Position numbers and translations under genes: made by a program | Virus record (IMG/VR): IMGVR_UViG_3300005326_000070 | Location: 1 to 46,419 of that record | Origin: a virus | Taxonomy: Duplodnaviria; Caudoviricetes | Strand: one strand, 5' to 3' | Length of the DNA stretch: 46,419 bases | Part shown: in pieces, positions 1 to 9,924 of the stretch | Layout: each line of letters opens with the position of its first letter | How positions within the stretch are numbered: position 1 is the first letter of the stretch | The notes under the pieces: model-generated | Seen by the model: the letters and a program-made list of their open reading frames with translations, nothing else | Databases searched by the model: none | What the model was told of the DNA's origin: nothing

Positions 1-123
1 AATGACCAGGATTTCTCAGTTCAAAGTAACCGAGAAGAAAGCAGAACCGATAGAAAAAAGCGTTGAGGAGCATAAACTTGACGATAAATTCGATTATAGC
101 AAGCTAAAGGAGATTAAAACCCC
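1..123. repeat. 123-bp direct terminal overlap (copy 1), circular-assembly overlap
   Basis: Bases 1-123 are identical to 46297-46419, and the reading frame continues across the junction. Confidence 0.97.
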
Positions 124-790
124 AGAAGAAGCTAAGAGATGGGCTGAGGATGCGTATAAATCGTTTCAAAAAGGTTACAACGAGAAATACCAGTCCATTG
201 CAGAGATGAGGAAAGATTTAGAGAGAAAAATGACTGAACAAACTAACTGGACGCCAGAGAGGATTCAGTCTTTATTAAACGACCAGAATTTTGTAACAGC
301 GGCTCAGAGTGTGATGGCTTCCCAGAACCCACCGAATAGTGGTAAGTCTGACGAAGATTGGTCGGCACTAACTGAGAGTGAGAAATCAAGGTTTCTTGAT
401 ATGCAGAGGGAGATTAACGAACTAAAAGCCCAAAGCCAGAGAGCGACCTTGAGTCAGCAGGACGAGCAGTTAAAGAGTAAGTATGCAAGCTATGACCCAC
501 AAGCCATAGACAGGCTACAGCAGGATTTACTCTCAGGCAGACTTAACGCCACGAGAGAACATCTGCATAAAGTCCTTGACTATGAAGCAATGGCGAGAAG
601 AGCATACGAACTCGGCAAAGAAGAGGAGCGAAAGTTAAAAAGTGAGAAATCAGAGTCTTTTTCATTCAATCCGCAGTCTGCGAACGTGGTAAAAGAGCAA
701 AAGGTTGATGGAAAACTCGAAGACGGATTCATGACTAAGCTCTATGAGTATCACAAACAAAAAACAAGAGAAAGTCAACTAAGAAAATAA
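2..790 (+). CDS. Capsid scaffolding protein (3' part; true start at 46214 across the junction, ~290 aa)
   Basis: Charged, helical/coiled-coil protein directly upstream of the capsid gene. An in-frame ATG at 46214 has an AAGGAG RBS. Confidence 0.75.
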   Translation: MTRISQFKVTEKKAEPIEKSVEEHKLDDKFDYSKLKEIKTPEEAKRWAEDAYKSFQKGYNEKYQSIAEMRKDLERKMTEQTNWTPERIQSLLNDQNFVTAAQSVMASQNPPNSGKSDEDWSALTESEKSRFLDMQREINELKAQSQRATLSQQDEQLKSKYASYDPQAIDRLQQDLLSGRLNATREHLHKVLDYEAMARRAYELGKEEERKLKSEKSESFSFNPQSANVVKEQKVDGKLEDGFMTKLYEYHKQKTRESQLRK

Positions 791-802
791 GAGAGGTAAA
801 AG

Positions 803-1756
803 ATGGCTAACGAATATGGCATACCTTCTACTATAGATACTGTTGTATTATCTACTTCTCTGGCAGATTACCAGAAGAGATTGATTGACAACAAATACAA
901 CGAACCTACGGTAGAGAAATTAGTAAATCAGACAGGAAACAAAAAGATTATCAATGGCGGTAATTCAATCGTGGAGACACTGATTAAAGACAAACAGGAC
1001 GACGGCGGTTTTTATCTTGGGGCTGATATTCTGAACACCAACCAAGGTGATGACACCACGCTTGTTGAATTTCGCTGGCAGAACTGCTACGAGCCGATTC
1101 AAATCACTCGTGATGAAGAGCGTCAGAACAGCGGAGACGAGCATAAGATTCTGTCCTTGGTTGAGACCAAGACGAAACTTGCGAACAAGGCGATTAAAGA
1201 TAGATTAGACCAAGCGTTCTCGACTCCGGTGTCAGAAGCTAACCGTTTAATCGACTTAGAAACCCTTGTGAACACAGGTGCGTTGGGAACTCTTAACGGA
1301 GCTTCCGACACGTTCTGGCAGTCTAATGTTACGGCTTCCGGTGCGTTTGCTACTCAGGGATTAACGGATATGACCACGGCGACTTATGCAGTATCGAGTG
1401 CGGCGAATATGGACAATCCGACTGTGTATCTTACGAACAAGGCGATTTTCCAGAAGTTCGAGCAGACCAGACTTCCGTTGGAAAGAATCTCCAACACGAT
1501 GACTGCTAACGCAGGGTTTACGAACCTTACGTTCAAGGGAGTTCCTCTGGTGGTTGGTAACTACATCGGCACAGGGTTATTGTTCGGTTTGAACATGAAC
1601 TATATCTACCTTGCGGTTGATAGCGAAACCGATTACATCACGACTCCGTTTATTTCTCCGACGAACCAGACCGTTAAGGTTGCGTTTGTTATGTGGAGAG
1701 GTCAGTTAATCACGAACAACAGACGGCGTCATTTCAAATTAACGAACATCAGCTAA
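803..1756 (+). CDS. Major capsid protein
   Basis: 317 aa, after portal and scaffold, GAGG RBS. It resembles podovirus capsids (WQNCYEPIQITRDEERQNSG; LTFKGVPLV; GQLITNNRRRH). Confidence 0.88.
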   Translation: MANEYGIPSTIDTVVLSTSLADYQKRLIDNKYNEPTVEKLVNQTGNKKIINGGNSIVETLIKDKQDDGGFYLGADILNTNQGDDTTLVEFRWQNCYEPIQITRDEERQNSGDEHKILSLVETKTKLANKAIKDRLDQAFSTPVSEANRLIDLETLVNTGALGTLNGASDTFWQSNVTASGAFATQGLTDMTTATYAVSSAANMDNPTVYLTNKAIFQKFEQTRLPLERISNTMTANAGFTNLTFKGVPLVVGNYIGTGLLFGLNMNYIYLAVDSETDYITTPFISPTNQTVKVAFVMWRGQLITNNRRRHFKLTNIS

Positions 1757-1769
1757 TCGGAGGTAAACA

Positions 1770-2036
1770 ATGTCAGCTTTAACGGCAACGAGTATAACTA
1801 AAGAGAGCATGGGTTCTTTGACCATGCACATCGTTAAGTTTGCTTCTGTTTCTTCTGGTGCGACTGGTGATACCTGGACGAGCGGATTACCGAACATCGT
1901 ATGTGCGTGGGCACAGGCTACTACTGCTGGCCCAAGCATGGTAAGTTGTTCTTTTGTCAGCTCAACAGGTGTTGTTACTTTGAACCCGATTGACAAGGCG
2001 ACAGAAGTGAATTTATTTGTGTTATCTAAATCATAA
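1770..2036 (+). CDS. Small Ser/Thr-rich virion (capsid-associated) protein
   Basis: GGAGG RBS, beta-rich composition, directly after the capsid gene. Confidence 0.6.
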   Translation: MSALTATSITKESMGSLTMHIVKFASVSSGATGDTWTSGLPNIVCAWAQATTAGPSMVSCSFVSSTGVVTLNPIDKATEVNLFVLSKS

Positions 2037-2086
2037 CAAGCCGCATATGTTGTTGCATGCAGAACGGCAAAAAAGGAGAGTAAAAA

Positions 2087-2929
2087 ATGGCAGTTTCTAC
2101 GAATAGTTATTTCAGCAATTCCCTTCCGTCCGGCGAGTTGGCGGTGGGTGCAGGCATTAACCTGTTTGGTCAGGACGCAAGCCCGAAGTTTGCTATCGGG
2201 ACGAGAGTCCAGAGACAGGACGGCTCGGTATATCGCTATGTGCATTTCGGGGCGGTTACGTCCAGAGGGCAGGTTGTTGCTCCTGACTTGAACGAATCGG
2301 CTCAGATTTACACGGCGAACTCAGTCATTGCGACTTCGAGTGCGTTCCAGATGAACGATGAACAGACCGGAACATACCCGAACATGATTGGCAGTAAGTA
2401 TCTTGTTCTGCAGATCGGAACTAAGACCGCAGACCAATATGCTGGTGGATATGTAACGATTTCCAGCGGAACTGGATTAGGATATACATACCGCATTAAA
2501 GGCAACCAGGCTTCTAACGGAACGGCGACCACTTTTGAACTGTATGATAAGGTTCAGGTTGGTTTGGACGCTACCGGAGACTTGGCGATTGCTCCGTCGA
2601 AATATGCGAACGTTAAACCTGGCTTGAGCGTTTCTACTAACCTTGCGTTAGCGGTTGGAGTTGCGGTGGCTGGTGCTTCTACGGCTGGATATTACGGCTT
2701 TGTGATAACCAAAGGAGTAATCGGAGTTCCCCAGAGCGGAACGCTGACGACTGGTAATCTTGCTATCCTCTCGAATACCGACGCTGGTTGTGTAGAAGCG
2801 TATGGTAACGGAGCGACTACGGCTACTGGTTCTGGCTTAGTTCCTTATCTGGATATTCCGGTGATTGGTAAGGTTGTTTTGGCGGCGGCTACTAGCGGTC
2901 ATGCGATTATCAACGTGGAACTTGAATAA
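2087..2929 (+). CDS. Capsid decoration/cement protein
   Basis: GTRVQRQDGSVYRYV and GYYGFVITKG motifs typical of head decoration proteins; Gly/Ala/Thr-rich; AGGAG RBS. Confidence 0.65.
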   Translation: MAVSTNSYFSNSLPSGELAVGAGINLFGQDASPKFAIGTRVQRQDGSVYRYVHFGAVTSRGQVVAPDLNESAQIYTANSVIATSSAFQMNDEQTGTYPNMIGSKYLVLQIGTKTADQYAGGYVTISSGTGLGYTYRIKGNQASNGTATTFELYDKVQVGLDATGDLAIAPSKYANVKPGLSVSTNLALAVGVAVAGASTAGYYGFVITKGVIGVPQSGTLTTGNLAILSNTDAGCVEAYGNGATTATGSGLVPYLDIPVIGKVVLAAATSGHAIINVELE

Positions 2930-2942
2930 GTAAATAGAAAAC

Positions 2943-3018
2943 AGGGTGGGACGAGTTTGGAACGGGACAACAATCATAATAGGAAACGCCTAAAATGTTC
3001 TCTCTCCCACCCTTTTTT
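2943..3018 (+). terminator. Long-loop stem with U-tract after the head genes (terminator/attenuator or structured RNA)
   Basis: AGGGTGGGA (2943-2951) pairs with TCCCACCCT (3005-3013), followed by a T-run. Internal hairpin TAGG-AAACG-CCTA. Confidence 0.55.
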
Positions 3019-3038
3019 CAACTTAAAAGGAGAATGAA

Positions 3039-3350
3039 ATGCCATACCAGATTCCGGGGGCGCAAAGAATAACTGCCGGAAGTGCTATAGGTGCGAGCGG
3101 AAAGCCCAAGAGGGTATTTTTCGTGTCGATGGCTTGTAACGCTTCTACCGCAGGAACATTAACATTGTATGACGCCGCAAGTGCCGCTTCCACAGCGAAT
3201 ATATTTGTTACGCTTATCGGTCAAGCTGGTAGCGGAAACATATTCGACTTGGGCGGTGAGGGGATTAGATTCCCGAACGGGTGTTTTGCAGAGTGTTCAG
3301 CAAATTCCGGCATAGCGTATGCCGTTATCGTGTATCAGGAAGAGAAGTAA
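3039..3350 (+). CDS. Small beta-rich virion protein
   Basis: AGGAG RBS; GTLTLYD and GIRFPNG motifs seen in small phage structural proteins. Confidence 0.6.
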   Translation: MPYQIPGAQRITAGSAIGASGKPKRVFFVSMACNASTAGTLTLYDAASAASTANIFVTLIGQAGSGNIFDLGGEGIRFPNGCFAECSANSGIAYAVIVYQEEK

Positions 3351-3383
3351 GACATAACAAAACTAACCATGAAAGGAGTTATT

Positions 3384-3863
3384 ATGTCTAAATGGGTATC
3401 GTTTGAGGGAGAGTTACATCCTGCAAAGGAACGTGTAGTATTAAGAAACAACAGCAACAAAGCGATCAAAAACCCTTCTACCGAGGGTAAGTATGTAGAT
3501 GAGATGGTAGAGCCTGGTCAGGAGTTTATCTATGAAGGGCCGTGCCGTCAGGCTTTGTTCGAGCTTTGGGAGCAGGACAAGAAAAATCCCCCGGAAACGA
3601 TGGGGTCTAATTTCAGGAAAAGCCCTGAGTTTTTAAGAATGCTCAGAGAATTAAACTTTAAGAGCGAGAAAGAATTTTTAGCATATTACGGATACGACAA
3701 AGAAAAATCAGTTGCAGAGTTCGAGTCTAAAGCGTCTAAGGTTTCCAGCCACGAACTGCCAGCCAGAGTAAGAGCGATCAAAACACTCGGCGGTGGCAAG
3801 GATTTCAGCGGTCAGGGAAACGACAGATACGGAGACTTTGGTTTACCGAAGGAGATACAATAG
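3384..3863 (+). CDS. Hypothetical protein
   Basis: Open ORF; the AAAGGAG RBS favours ATG 3384 over 3369. Confidence 0.65.
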   Translation: MSKWVSFEGELHPAKERVVLRNNSNKAIKNPSTEGKYVDEMVEPGQEFIYEGPCRQALFELWEQDKKNPPETMGSNFRKSPEFLRMLRELNFKSEKEFLAYYGYDKEKSVAEFESKASKVSSHELPARVRAIKTLGGGKDFSGQGNDRYGDFGLPKEIQ

Positions 3864-3875
3864 AGGAGGTCTTAA

Positions 3876-4145
3876 ATGTCGTCTTATGGCAATGTAACAG
3901 TAACTACTGCGGTAACCTTGATAGTCGCCGCAAACACAAATAGAAAAGAAATAGAAATAGTTAATAATACGCAGAACTCGGTTATTTACATTGGCACAGA
4001 CACTAACGTAACTGCTTCTAACGGATTGCCTGTATATGAGTATCAGTCCAGAGGGAAGTCCAGAGGGTTCGGGACATACCTTGGGCCGATATACGGCGTT
4101 GTATCTTCGGTAGAGGCGAACGTTAGATATTGGGAGACGACATGA
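3876..4145 (+). CDS. Small virion protein (jelly-roll-like)
   Basis: GGAGG RBS; LIVAANTNRKEIEIVNN...IYIG...NG...GPIYGV pattern common in phage structural modules. Confidence 0.6.
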   Translation: MSSYGNVTVTTAVTLIVAANTNRKEIEIVNNTQNSVIYIGTDTNVTASNGLPVYEYQSRGKSRGFGTYLGPIYGVVSSVEANVRYWETT

Positions 4146-5176
4146 AGAAATTCATACTTATACTCCTTTTTGTTTTAATTTGCAACACCGCTCACGCAGA
4201 CGTGTTTTCCTCGGTGCGTGGATTGATATTCAGCGAAGAGGACGGAGACCCGATAGGAGTTCCTCGGACGCTAAAAGTAACAGACGGCTCACTAACAGAC
4301 AATCTTGACGGAACATTCAGCTTGTCAGCAGGCGGTTCTCAGACACTTCAGGACGTTACCGACAACGGAGCGACCACAACCAACGAGATTACCGCCGCAG
4401 GATTCAACGTAACTAGAGTAAACGGATACGCTCAGTATCTTAATTTATACGAAGACCCAGTTAATGACCCAGCTACAAACAATAACTACTTCCGCATTTA
4501 TACCCCTGCAACTCTTGCAGGAAACGTAACCTGGACACTTCCGACAGCGGCTTCCGGTGGGGCTAATTATCTAGTTAATGTTGACGCAGACGGAACAATG
4601 GGATATACCGACCCTGCTTCATTTGTAACTCCGACCTCAACCCAGACATTAGACTTCGGCGGTGCTACGCTTGAGATTCCCAACGCCACAGACCCTGATC
4701 TAACAGTTACAGGTCAAGTTTCAATGGACACAGACGGAGCGAATGAATCAGGCGATGTTTCAATCCGAGGATTTGACGGAACAAACCAATTCTTGGTTGA
4801 CCGAAAGTTAAAGACAATCCAAGCCACAATTATGAAGCCTCAGGATTTAGCAGACACAGAAAGAGACCTTTGCCCTATCTGGCACAACAACACAGGAATG
4901 GTGTTCACGATAACCGAGATTAACGCTTGGAGTGATACTGACAATACTACGGTTGGAGTAGAAGTAGTAACTGCTTCTGATTGGAGTGCTCCGGCATCCG
5001 TGGACGCATTAGAGATAGCCACAGACGGAACGAGCGTGTTTACCTGCACTGAGACGACAATTACGGACGCAACCATAGCCCACGATGAGATTATTACTTT
5101 GGATTTTGACGATACTGACGACCCAGGAGTGGTAAAGGTAACGATAACTGGGTGGTTTTCATCAGATATAGATTAG
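4142..5176 (+). CDS. Fibre-like protein with Sec-type signal peptide
   Basis: ATGA overlap start. N-terminus MKKFILILLFVLICNTAHA|D. Contains the fibre motif TLQDVTDNGATTTN; Thr/Asp-rich. Confidence 0.7.
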   Translation: MKKFILILLFVLICNTAHADVFSSVRGLIFSEEDGDPIGVPRTLKVTDGSLTDNLDGTFSLSAGGSQTLQDVTDNGATTTNEITAAGFNVTRVNGYAQYLNLYEDPVNDPATNNNYFRIYTPATLAGNVTWTLPTAASGGANYLVNVDADGTMGYTDPASFVTPTSTQTLDFGGATLEIPNATDPDLTVTGQVSMDTDGANESGDVSIRGFDGTNQFLVDRKLKTIQATIMKPQDLADTERDLCPIWHNNTGMVFTITEINAWSDTDNTTVGVEVVTASDWSAPASVDALEIATDGTSVFTCTETTITDATIAHDEIITLDFDDTDDPGVVKVTITGWFSSDID

Positions 5177-5183
5177 GAGACCA

Positions 5184-6668
5184 ATGAAGAAGATACTCTT
5201 TACATTATTGTTCTTGATGGTGTGCGTTCCGTGCTTTGCAGACCATTGGGTTTACGTCAGGACTTACGACAGAACCGAGGTAGAGTTATTGGGGTGTGGA
5301 CGGAGCAAGTCTGGTGATGTTGTAGATATTCGTGAGGTAAAACCAGGCAACGAACCGTCCGAAACAGCTAAGTCAGAATGGGCGATATTCCAAGTATCTG
5401 GATTAACGGAAGAAGATATTTCAGAACTTAAAGAGGGATGGGAAGGGAATGCCTACCGCAAAAAGAAATTAAACATCCAAGGACTGAAAAAAGGTCTTAA
5501 CGGAAACAAGTCAAGAAAAGAGATTAAAGACAATCTCCGAGATAAAACAAATTTAGACCTAATTTCTTATGCCGTTGAAAGTGTAAAGTATGCCTCAGTT
5601 GTTCGACCGATAAAAGGCATTGACAATTATCTTGTTCCGTTTGCGTTCGCTGAAACAGTTAGCACGGTCAATAAGGTTGGTGAAGATTACGATACGTTGA
5701 CTTTGTGGGAAGATGCCAAAGACGGAGCATTAACCACAGAGACAAGACAAGAAACATCACATCTATATAATGACCAAGGAGATTTAACCGATTCTGTTTT
5801 AGTTGACGGTTCAACCACAAATGCAACGTATTACATGAAAATAACTGTGCCTGCTGGTGAAAGACACAACGGGACGGATAATGGTGGTGCGACGATAACT
5901 AGTCAGCTTAGCAGTGCCAATGGTTCTATCCTCAGACTTTCTGATTTATTTTCGGTAGCTGAATGGTTAATAGTAATACTAACCACAAATAGTGGTTCTG
6001 CCAGTGATGATTGCAATGGCATCCAAATAAGAAGTGATGATTGTATCGCTAGGCATAATATCGTATATACTACAGGATCACATAATGCTGGAACTAATGA
6101 GCTTCGGGGGATATATTTTTATAATGATGTTGGGACTTGGAATGGTGATATTTACAGAAATATAGTTTATGGGTTTAACCACTCAACTAATGATTTTTTA
6201 GGGATTGAGTGCCAAACTGCGGCATTTAGAACATCTACATTTAACGTCCATAATAATACTATTTATAATTGTGATTTAGGGTTTGTTTTTACCGATGGCA
6301 ACACAACAACGATAAATTGTCGAAATAATGTTTCTATTGCTTGTGATACGGATTATACAGTTGCTGGCGATACTATAACATTCACATATAACTGTTCTGA
6401 TGATGCAACCGCCCCAGCCAACGAAACAGGAGGTGGAAGCACCTGTATTTCTACAGGCACAGTAAATGACTTTGTTTCTACTACTGACATGCACCTTGTT
6501 TCTGCCGCCGTTCAAATTAACGTTGGGGCTACAATTGGGACTTCACCGTCTGGGGTTGATTATGACATTGATAACGTCCAAGTCTCTGGAACTTGGGACA
6601 TGGGGGCAGACGAATATGTTGCTACTTCAACGGCATTATCGCAGGTAATCATGGTGGTAACTGAATGA
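5184..6668 (+). CDS. Secreted right-handed beta-helix protein
   Basis: Signal peptide MKKILFTLLFLMVCVPCFA|D; parallel beta-helix repeats (HNIVY, RNIVY, NNTIY, NNVS); C-terminal WDMGADEY. Confidence 0.72.
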   Translation: MKKILFTLLFLMVCVPCFADHWVYVRTYDRTEVELLGCGRSKSGDVVDIREVKPGNEPSETAKSEWAIFQVSGLTEEDISELKEGWEGNAYRKKKLNIQGLKKGLNGNKSRKEIKDNLRDKTNLDLISYAVESVKYASVVRPIKGIDNYLVPFAFAETVSTVNKVGEDYDTLTLWEDAKDGALTTETRQETSHLYNDQGDLTDSVLVDGSTTNATYYMKITVPAGERHNGTDNGGATITSQLSSANGSILRLSDLFSVAEWLIVILTTNSGSASDDCNGIQIRSDDCIARHNIVYTTGSHNAGTNELRGIYFYNDVGTWNGDIYRNIVYGFNHSTNDFLGIECQTAAFRTSTFNVHNNTIYNCDLGFVFTDGNTTTINCRNNVSIACDTDYTVAGDTITFTYNCSDDATAPANETGGGSTCISTGTVNDFVSTTDMHLVSAAVQINVGATIGTSPSGVDYDIDNVQVSGTWDMGADEYVATSTALSQVIMVVTE

Positions 6669-9583
6669 AAAAACTACTTACACTACTATTCTTGCTTATC
6701 TCAGTAAACTGCTACGGTGCTACTTGGTATGTTGACGGAAGTGTTTCGATTAGCGGAGACGGAACTACCGAAGCAACGGCGAAGAAAACTATCCATGAGG
6801 GTGTTGGGTTAATGGCGAGTGGGGATACTCTGATAATTGCTGATGGAACTTATACGGGTTCAGAAAATTCCCTCAATCGGGTTTATACCAACATACCAAA
6901 TGGGACTATAAATAGTTACACTACAATCAAGGCAAAGAATGACTTCGGGGTTCAAATTGTTTATGGAACTGCGGTTGATATTTATGACGGACAATATATT
7001 ACGATTGAAGGTATAAAATTTGACGCAAATCTAAGTGGTCTTGTTTTGCAGATAAATTCGAGCGACCACATAAAATTAAAAAAATGTTCATTCACGGGTG
7101 CGAAGGTTAGCACGTGGAACATAACCGCAGTATCGTTAGCGTATAGTCAATATATTCTAGTGGAAGATTGCTGGGCATGGGGAACAGGCAGATATAAATT
7201 TGCGTGTCAAACTTGCAGTTATGTTGTTTTTAGACGATGTATTGCAAGGCACGACTATCATCCATCTAGCCAATGTGCTACATTCGTCCGATATGACTCA
7301 AATAATATCCACTTCCAAAATTGTATCGCCATAGATAAGTCAACTGGCCCGACAGGTGGTTGGTATGGTGGATTCTGGAATGAGAGAAACGCAATAACAG
7401 ACACCACTGGTTCAGATAAGGGGTGTATAGTTTTAAATTCTGGGCAAGGATTCAATGATTATAAGGTTTGGGGAACGCGAATATATGAAAACTGTATCGC
7501 TTGGGGAGTTGATTCCTCCAAGGGGTTTCATTTAGGATTCTATAACGATAATATCGGGACAACCAGCATAGACCATTGCACATCAGGAGGGATTACAGGC
7601 AATGGAAGTTATGGAACTGGGGATGCGTATTACTGGGAACTCGACCCAGGCACTATCAATATAACAAATTCGATAGCTGTATCTTGCGGCAGGTCTGCTT
7701 TTGAGAAAGACTTTGCTCCTTCATGGACTGGATTGGATTATAACGCTATCTACGGAATGTCTGTCAGTAATTACGATAACGCTACCGCTGGGGCGAATGA
7801 TATTACCAATGTTGATATTCTATCTGCTTCCTTGTTGTATCTCCCAAGAATTGAAAACAGTTCGTCTTTGGACGGAGCGGCTTCGGATAGCGGAGATATT
7901 GGAGCGACGATTTTAAAACAACATGGAACGTCTGGAACACTCTACGGAGAAGAAGGCTGGGATACACTTACAGATATCGATTTATGGCCTTGGCCTAACG
8001 AGAACGAAATCCGTGATGATATGGCGGCGTGGAATGAAGATATTACGCAGGACACATATTCTTCTGTAGATGTTGTCGGAGCAAGAGGATTCTGTGCCAG
8101 CACCGCAAATCCCAGAACTCCCACGGGAGAGATAACTCTTACTTCTTACATCTGGGAATATCTCGGCAACACAGGGATGACGGCTTCGCTATATGGAGAA
8201 GATACTACCGCTCCATCAGACATCTCCACGCTCTCAGCGGCAACAGGAACGAATGTCGGTGAAGTAGCACTCTCGTGGACTGCCCCAGGTGATGACGCGG
8301 GAACTGGAACGGTCTCAAGCTATGACATCAGATACTCGACCTCAGAGATAACCGCAGGAAACTTTGCGTCTGCTACTGCGGCTTCGACATCAAGCTACAC
8401 AATTGTAACCGCAGGGGGAACTCAGAACGTTACCGTGATCGGATTGACAGGTGGAACGACTTATTATTTTGCGGTCAAGGCAAGCGACGAGATTCCGAAC
8501 ACTTCCGCCATATCTAATGTTGATTCAGCGGCGGCGAAGGATTACGAAGTAACTCCGACCGAAAGTTACGCATCTTCTACTGCTCTTATCCAGGCATCTC
8601 AGGTTACTTGCGATTTGACCATAACTAACTCACCTAACAGGCGTGTTGTTATTTTCACTGCGGCAGAAGAATCTGGAACTGACCATCCCATTTTAAGCGT
8701 TACCTACGGTTCGATTAGTGCGACAAAGATAACATCTGTAACTGCGACCACGACCTCTAAGATGCACGTTGAGGCTTGGGAGATTAAAGAAGCAGACCTG
8801 CCGTCTTCTGGAACGTTCACGGTAACGGCTACGGCAACAGGAAACTGCAACGGACTAGCCGTGGTTGCTATGTGCTGGTATAACATCGCTCAAGGTGATG
8901 TTATCTATGAAACTGTAACAAAGCTAACTGAAGAGCCGACAATCAGCGATATCATAACTACCGCCGTAGACGGAAGCCGAGTGGTTTGTTTTCTTGGTGA
9001 TGGAGATTACAGCGACCCGGTAGAGGCTAATGACCTTATTCGCAGAGTCCACGTTGCAGGCATTGACGCTACAATGGCGGCAACCCTATCAGATAAGACG
9101 GTTACAACCGCAGGAGAAACCACGGTAGGATTTAGCAATCTCACGATAAGACGATGTGCGATGATTACTCTGGCGTATGCCCCTTACTCCTACGCCCCGG
9201 ACAGCAATCCACCGGACGCAATATACAATCTATCCGCAGAAGAAGGACCGCTTGGCTCTTCAAGACGGATTAGTTTTACCGAAAAGGGCGATGACGGCAA
9301 TTCCGGCACTTGCTCTGGGTTTTACATCAGATACGACACCGGAGATTCTCAAGCATTTGATTGGGATACGGCTACGGTGGTCGATCACGGTCTTACTCCA
9401 CAGGGTGTGGGAAACGGAGTAACTTATCTTCTCTCAGGACTTGCCAACGGAACTCAATATACTATCGGGGTGAAGTCCTATGACGATATACCTAATTTAT
9501 CAGCAATATCTAATTTGGTAACGTTCACAACTCGCTCTGCGGACACGAACGTATTCTGCGGAGGGACAGGGGAGATACATTGA
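6665..9583 (+). CDS. Secreted beta-helix (polysaccharide-lyase-like) plus two FN3 domains; adhesin/tailspike-like
   Basis: Signal peptide MKKLLTLLFLLISVNCYG|A; WYVDG..GDGT and GDTLIIADGTY beta-helix start; FN3 copies LSWTAPGDD...YDIRYS and ISFTEKGDD...FYIRYD. Confidence 0.8.
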   Translation: MKKLLTLLFLLISVNCYGATWYVDGSVSISGDGTTEATAKKTIHEGVGLMASGDTLIIADGTYTGSENSLNRVYTNIPNGTINSYTTIKAKNDFGVQIVYGTAVDIYDGQYITIEGIKFDANLSGLVLQINSSDHIKLKKCSFTGAKVSTWNITAVSLAYSQYILVEDCWAWGTGRYKFACQTCSYVVFRRCIARHDYHPSSQCATFVRYDSNNIHFQNCIAIDKSTGPTGGWYGGFWNERNAITDTTGSDKGCIVLNSGQGFNDYKVWGTRIYENCIAWGVDSSKGFHLGFYNDNIGTTSIDHCTSGGITGNGSYGTGDAYYWELDPGTINITNSIAVSCGRSAFEKDFAPSWTGLDYNAIYGMSVSNYDNATAGANDITNVDILSASLLYLPRIENSSSLDGAASDSGDIGATILKQHGTSGTLYGEEGWDTLTDIDLWPWPNENEIRDDMAAWNEDITQDTYSSVDVVGARGFCASTANPRTPTGEITLTSYIWEYLGNTGMTASLYGEDTTAPSDISTLSAATGTNVGEVALSWTAPGDDAGTGTVSSYDIRYSTSEITAGNFASATAASTSSYTIVTAGGTQNVTVIGLTGGTTYYFAVKASDEIPNTSAISNVDSAAAKDYEVTPTESYASSTALIQASQVTCDLTITNSPNRRVVIFTAAEESGTDHPILSVTYGSISATKITSVTATTTSKMHVEAWEIKEADLPSSGTFTVTATATGNCNGLAVVAMCWYNIAQGDVIYETVTKLTEEPTISDIITTAVDGSRVVCFLGDGDYSDPVEANDLIRRVHVAGIDATMAATLSDKTVTTAGETTVGFSNLTIRRCAMITLAYAPYSYAPDSNPPDAIYNLSAEEGPLGSSRRISFTEKGDDGNSGTCSGFYIRYDTGDSQAFDWDTATVVDHGLTPQGVGNGVTYLLSGLANGTQYTIGVKSYDDIPNLSAISNLVTFTTRSADTNVFCGGTGEIH

Positions 9584-9924
9584 TGGGCGAAAAATGCGAA
9601 GAACACAGCAAGGTATGCGGAGATCTCGGGGGAATCAACGCTAATATCACGAATTTGACAGCGGCAGTGTTGGCACTCACGGCACAGATAAACACGCTTT
9701 CTCAGCCGATATACGCAAGGATTAACTTTGTCGAGGAGAAAGTAGATAAGCACGAAAGCGAATCTGCAAAGTATCGGGAGAAGATAATTGTTACCGAGAA
9801 GGTATTGCAAACTTTTATGCAACATCAGGACGATAAAGAGAAGTCTGCGATGTGGAGAATCGGGATTACGGTTACAGTTATCAATATGGTTGTAATGGTT
9901 TTAATGAAGGTATTTATTGGATGA
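9583..9924 (+). CDS. Coiled-coil protein with C-terminal TM helix (lysis-cassette associated)
   Basis: TGATG coupling; heptad region followed by the hydrophobic tail IGITVTVINMVVMVLMKVFIG. Confidence 0.6.
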   Translation: MGEKCEEHSKVCGDLGGINANITNLTAAVLALTAQINTLSQPIYARINFVEEKVDKHESESAKYREKIIVTEKVLQTFMQHQDDKEKSAMWRIGITVTVINMVVMVLMKVFIG

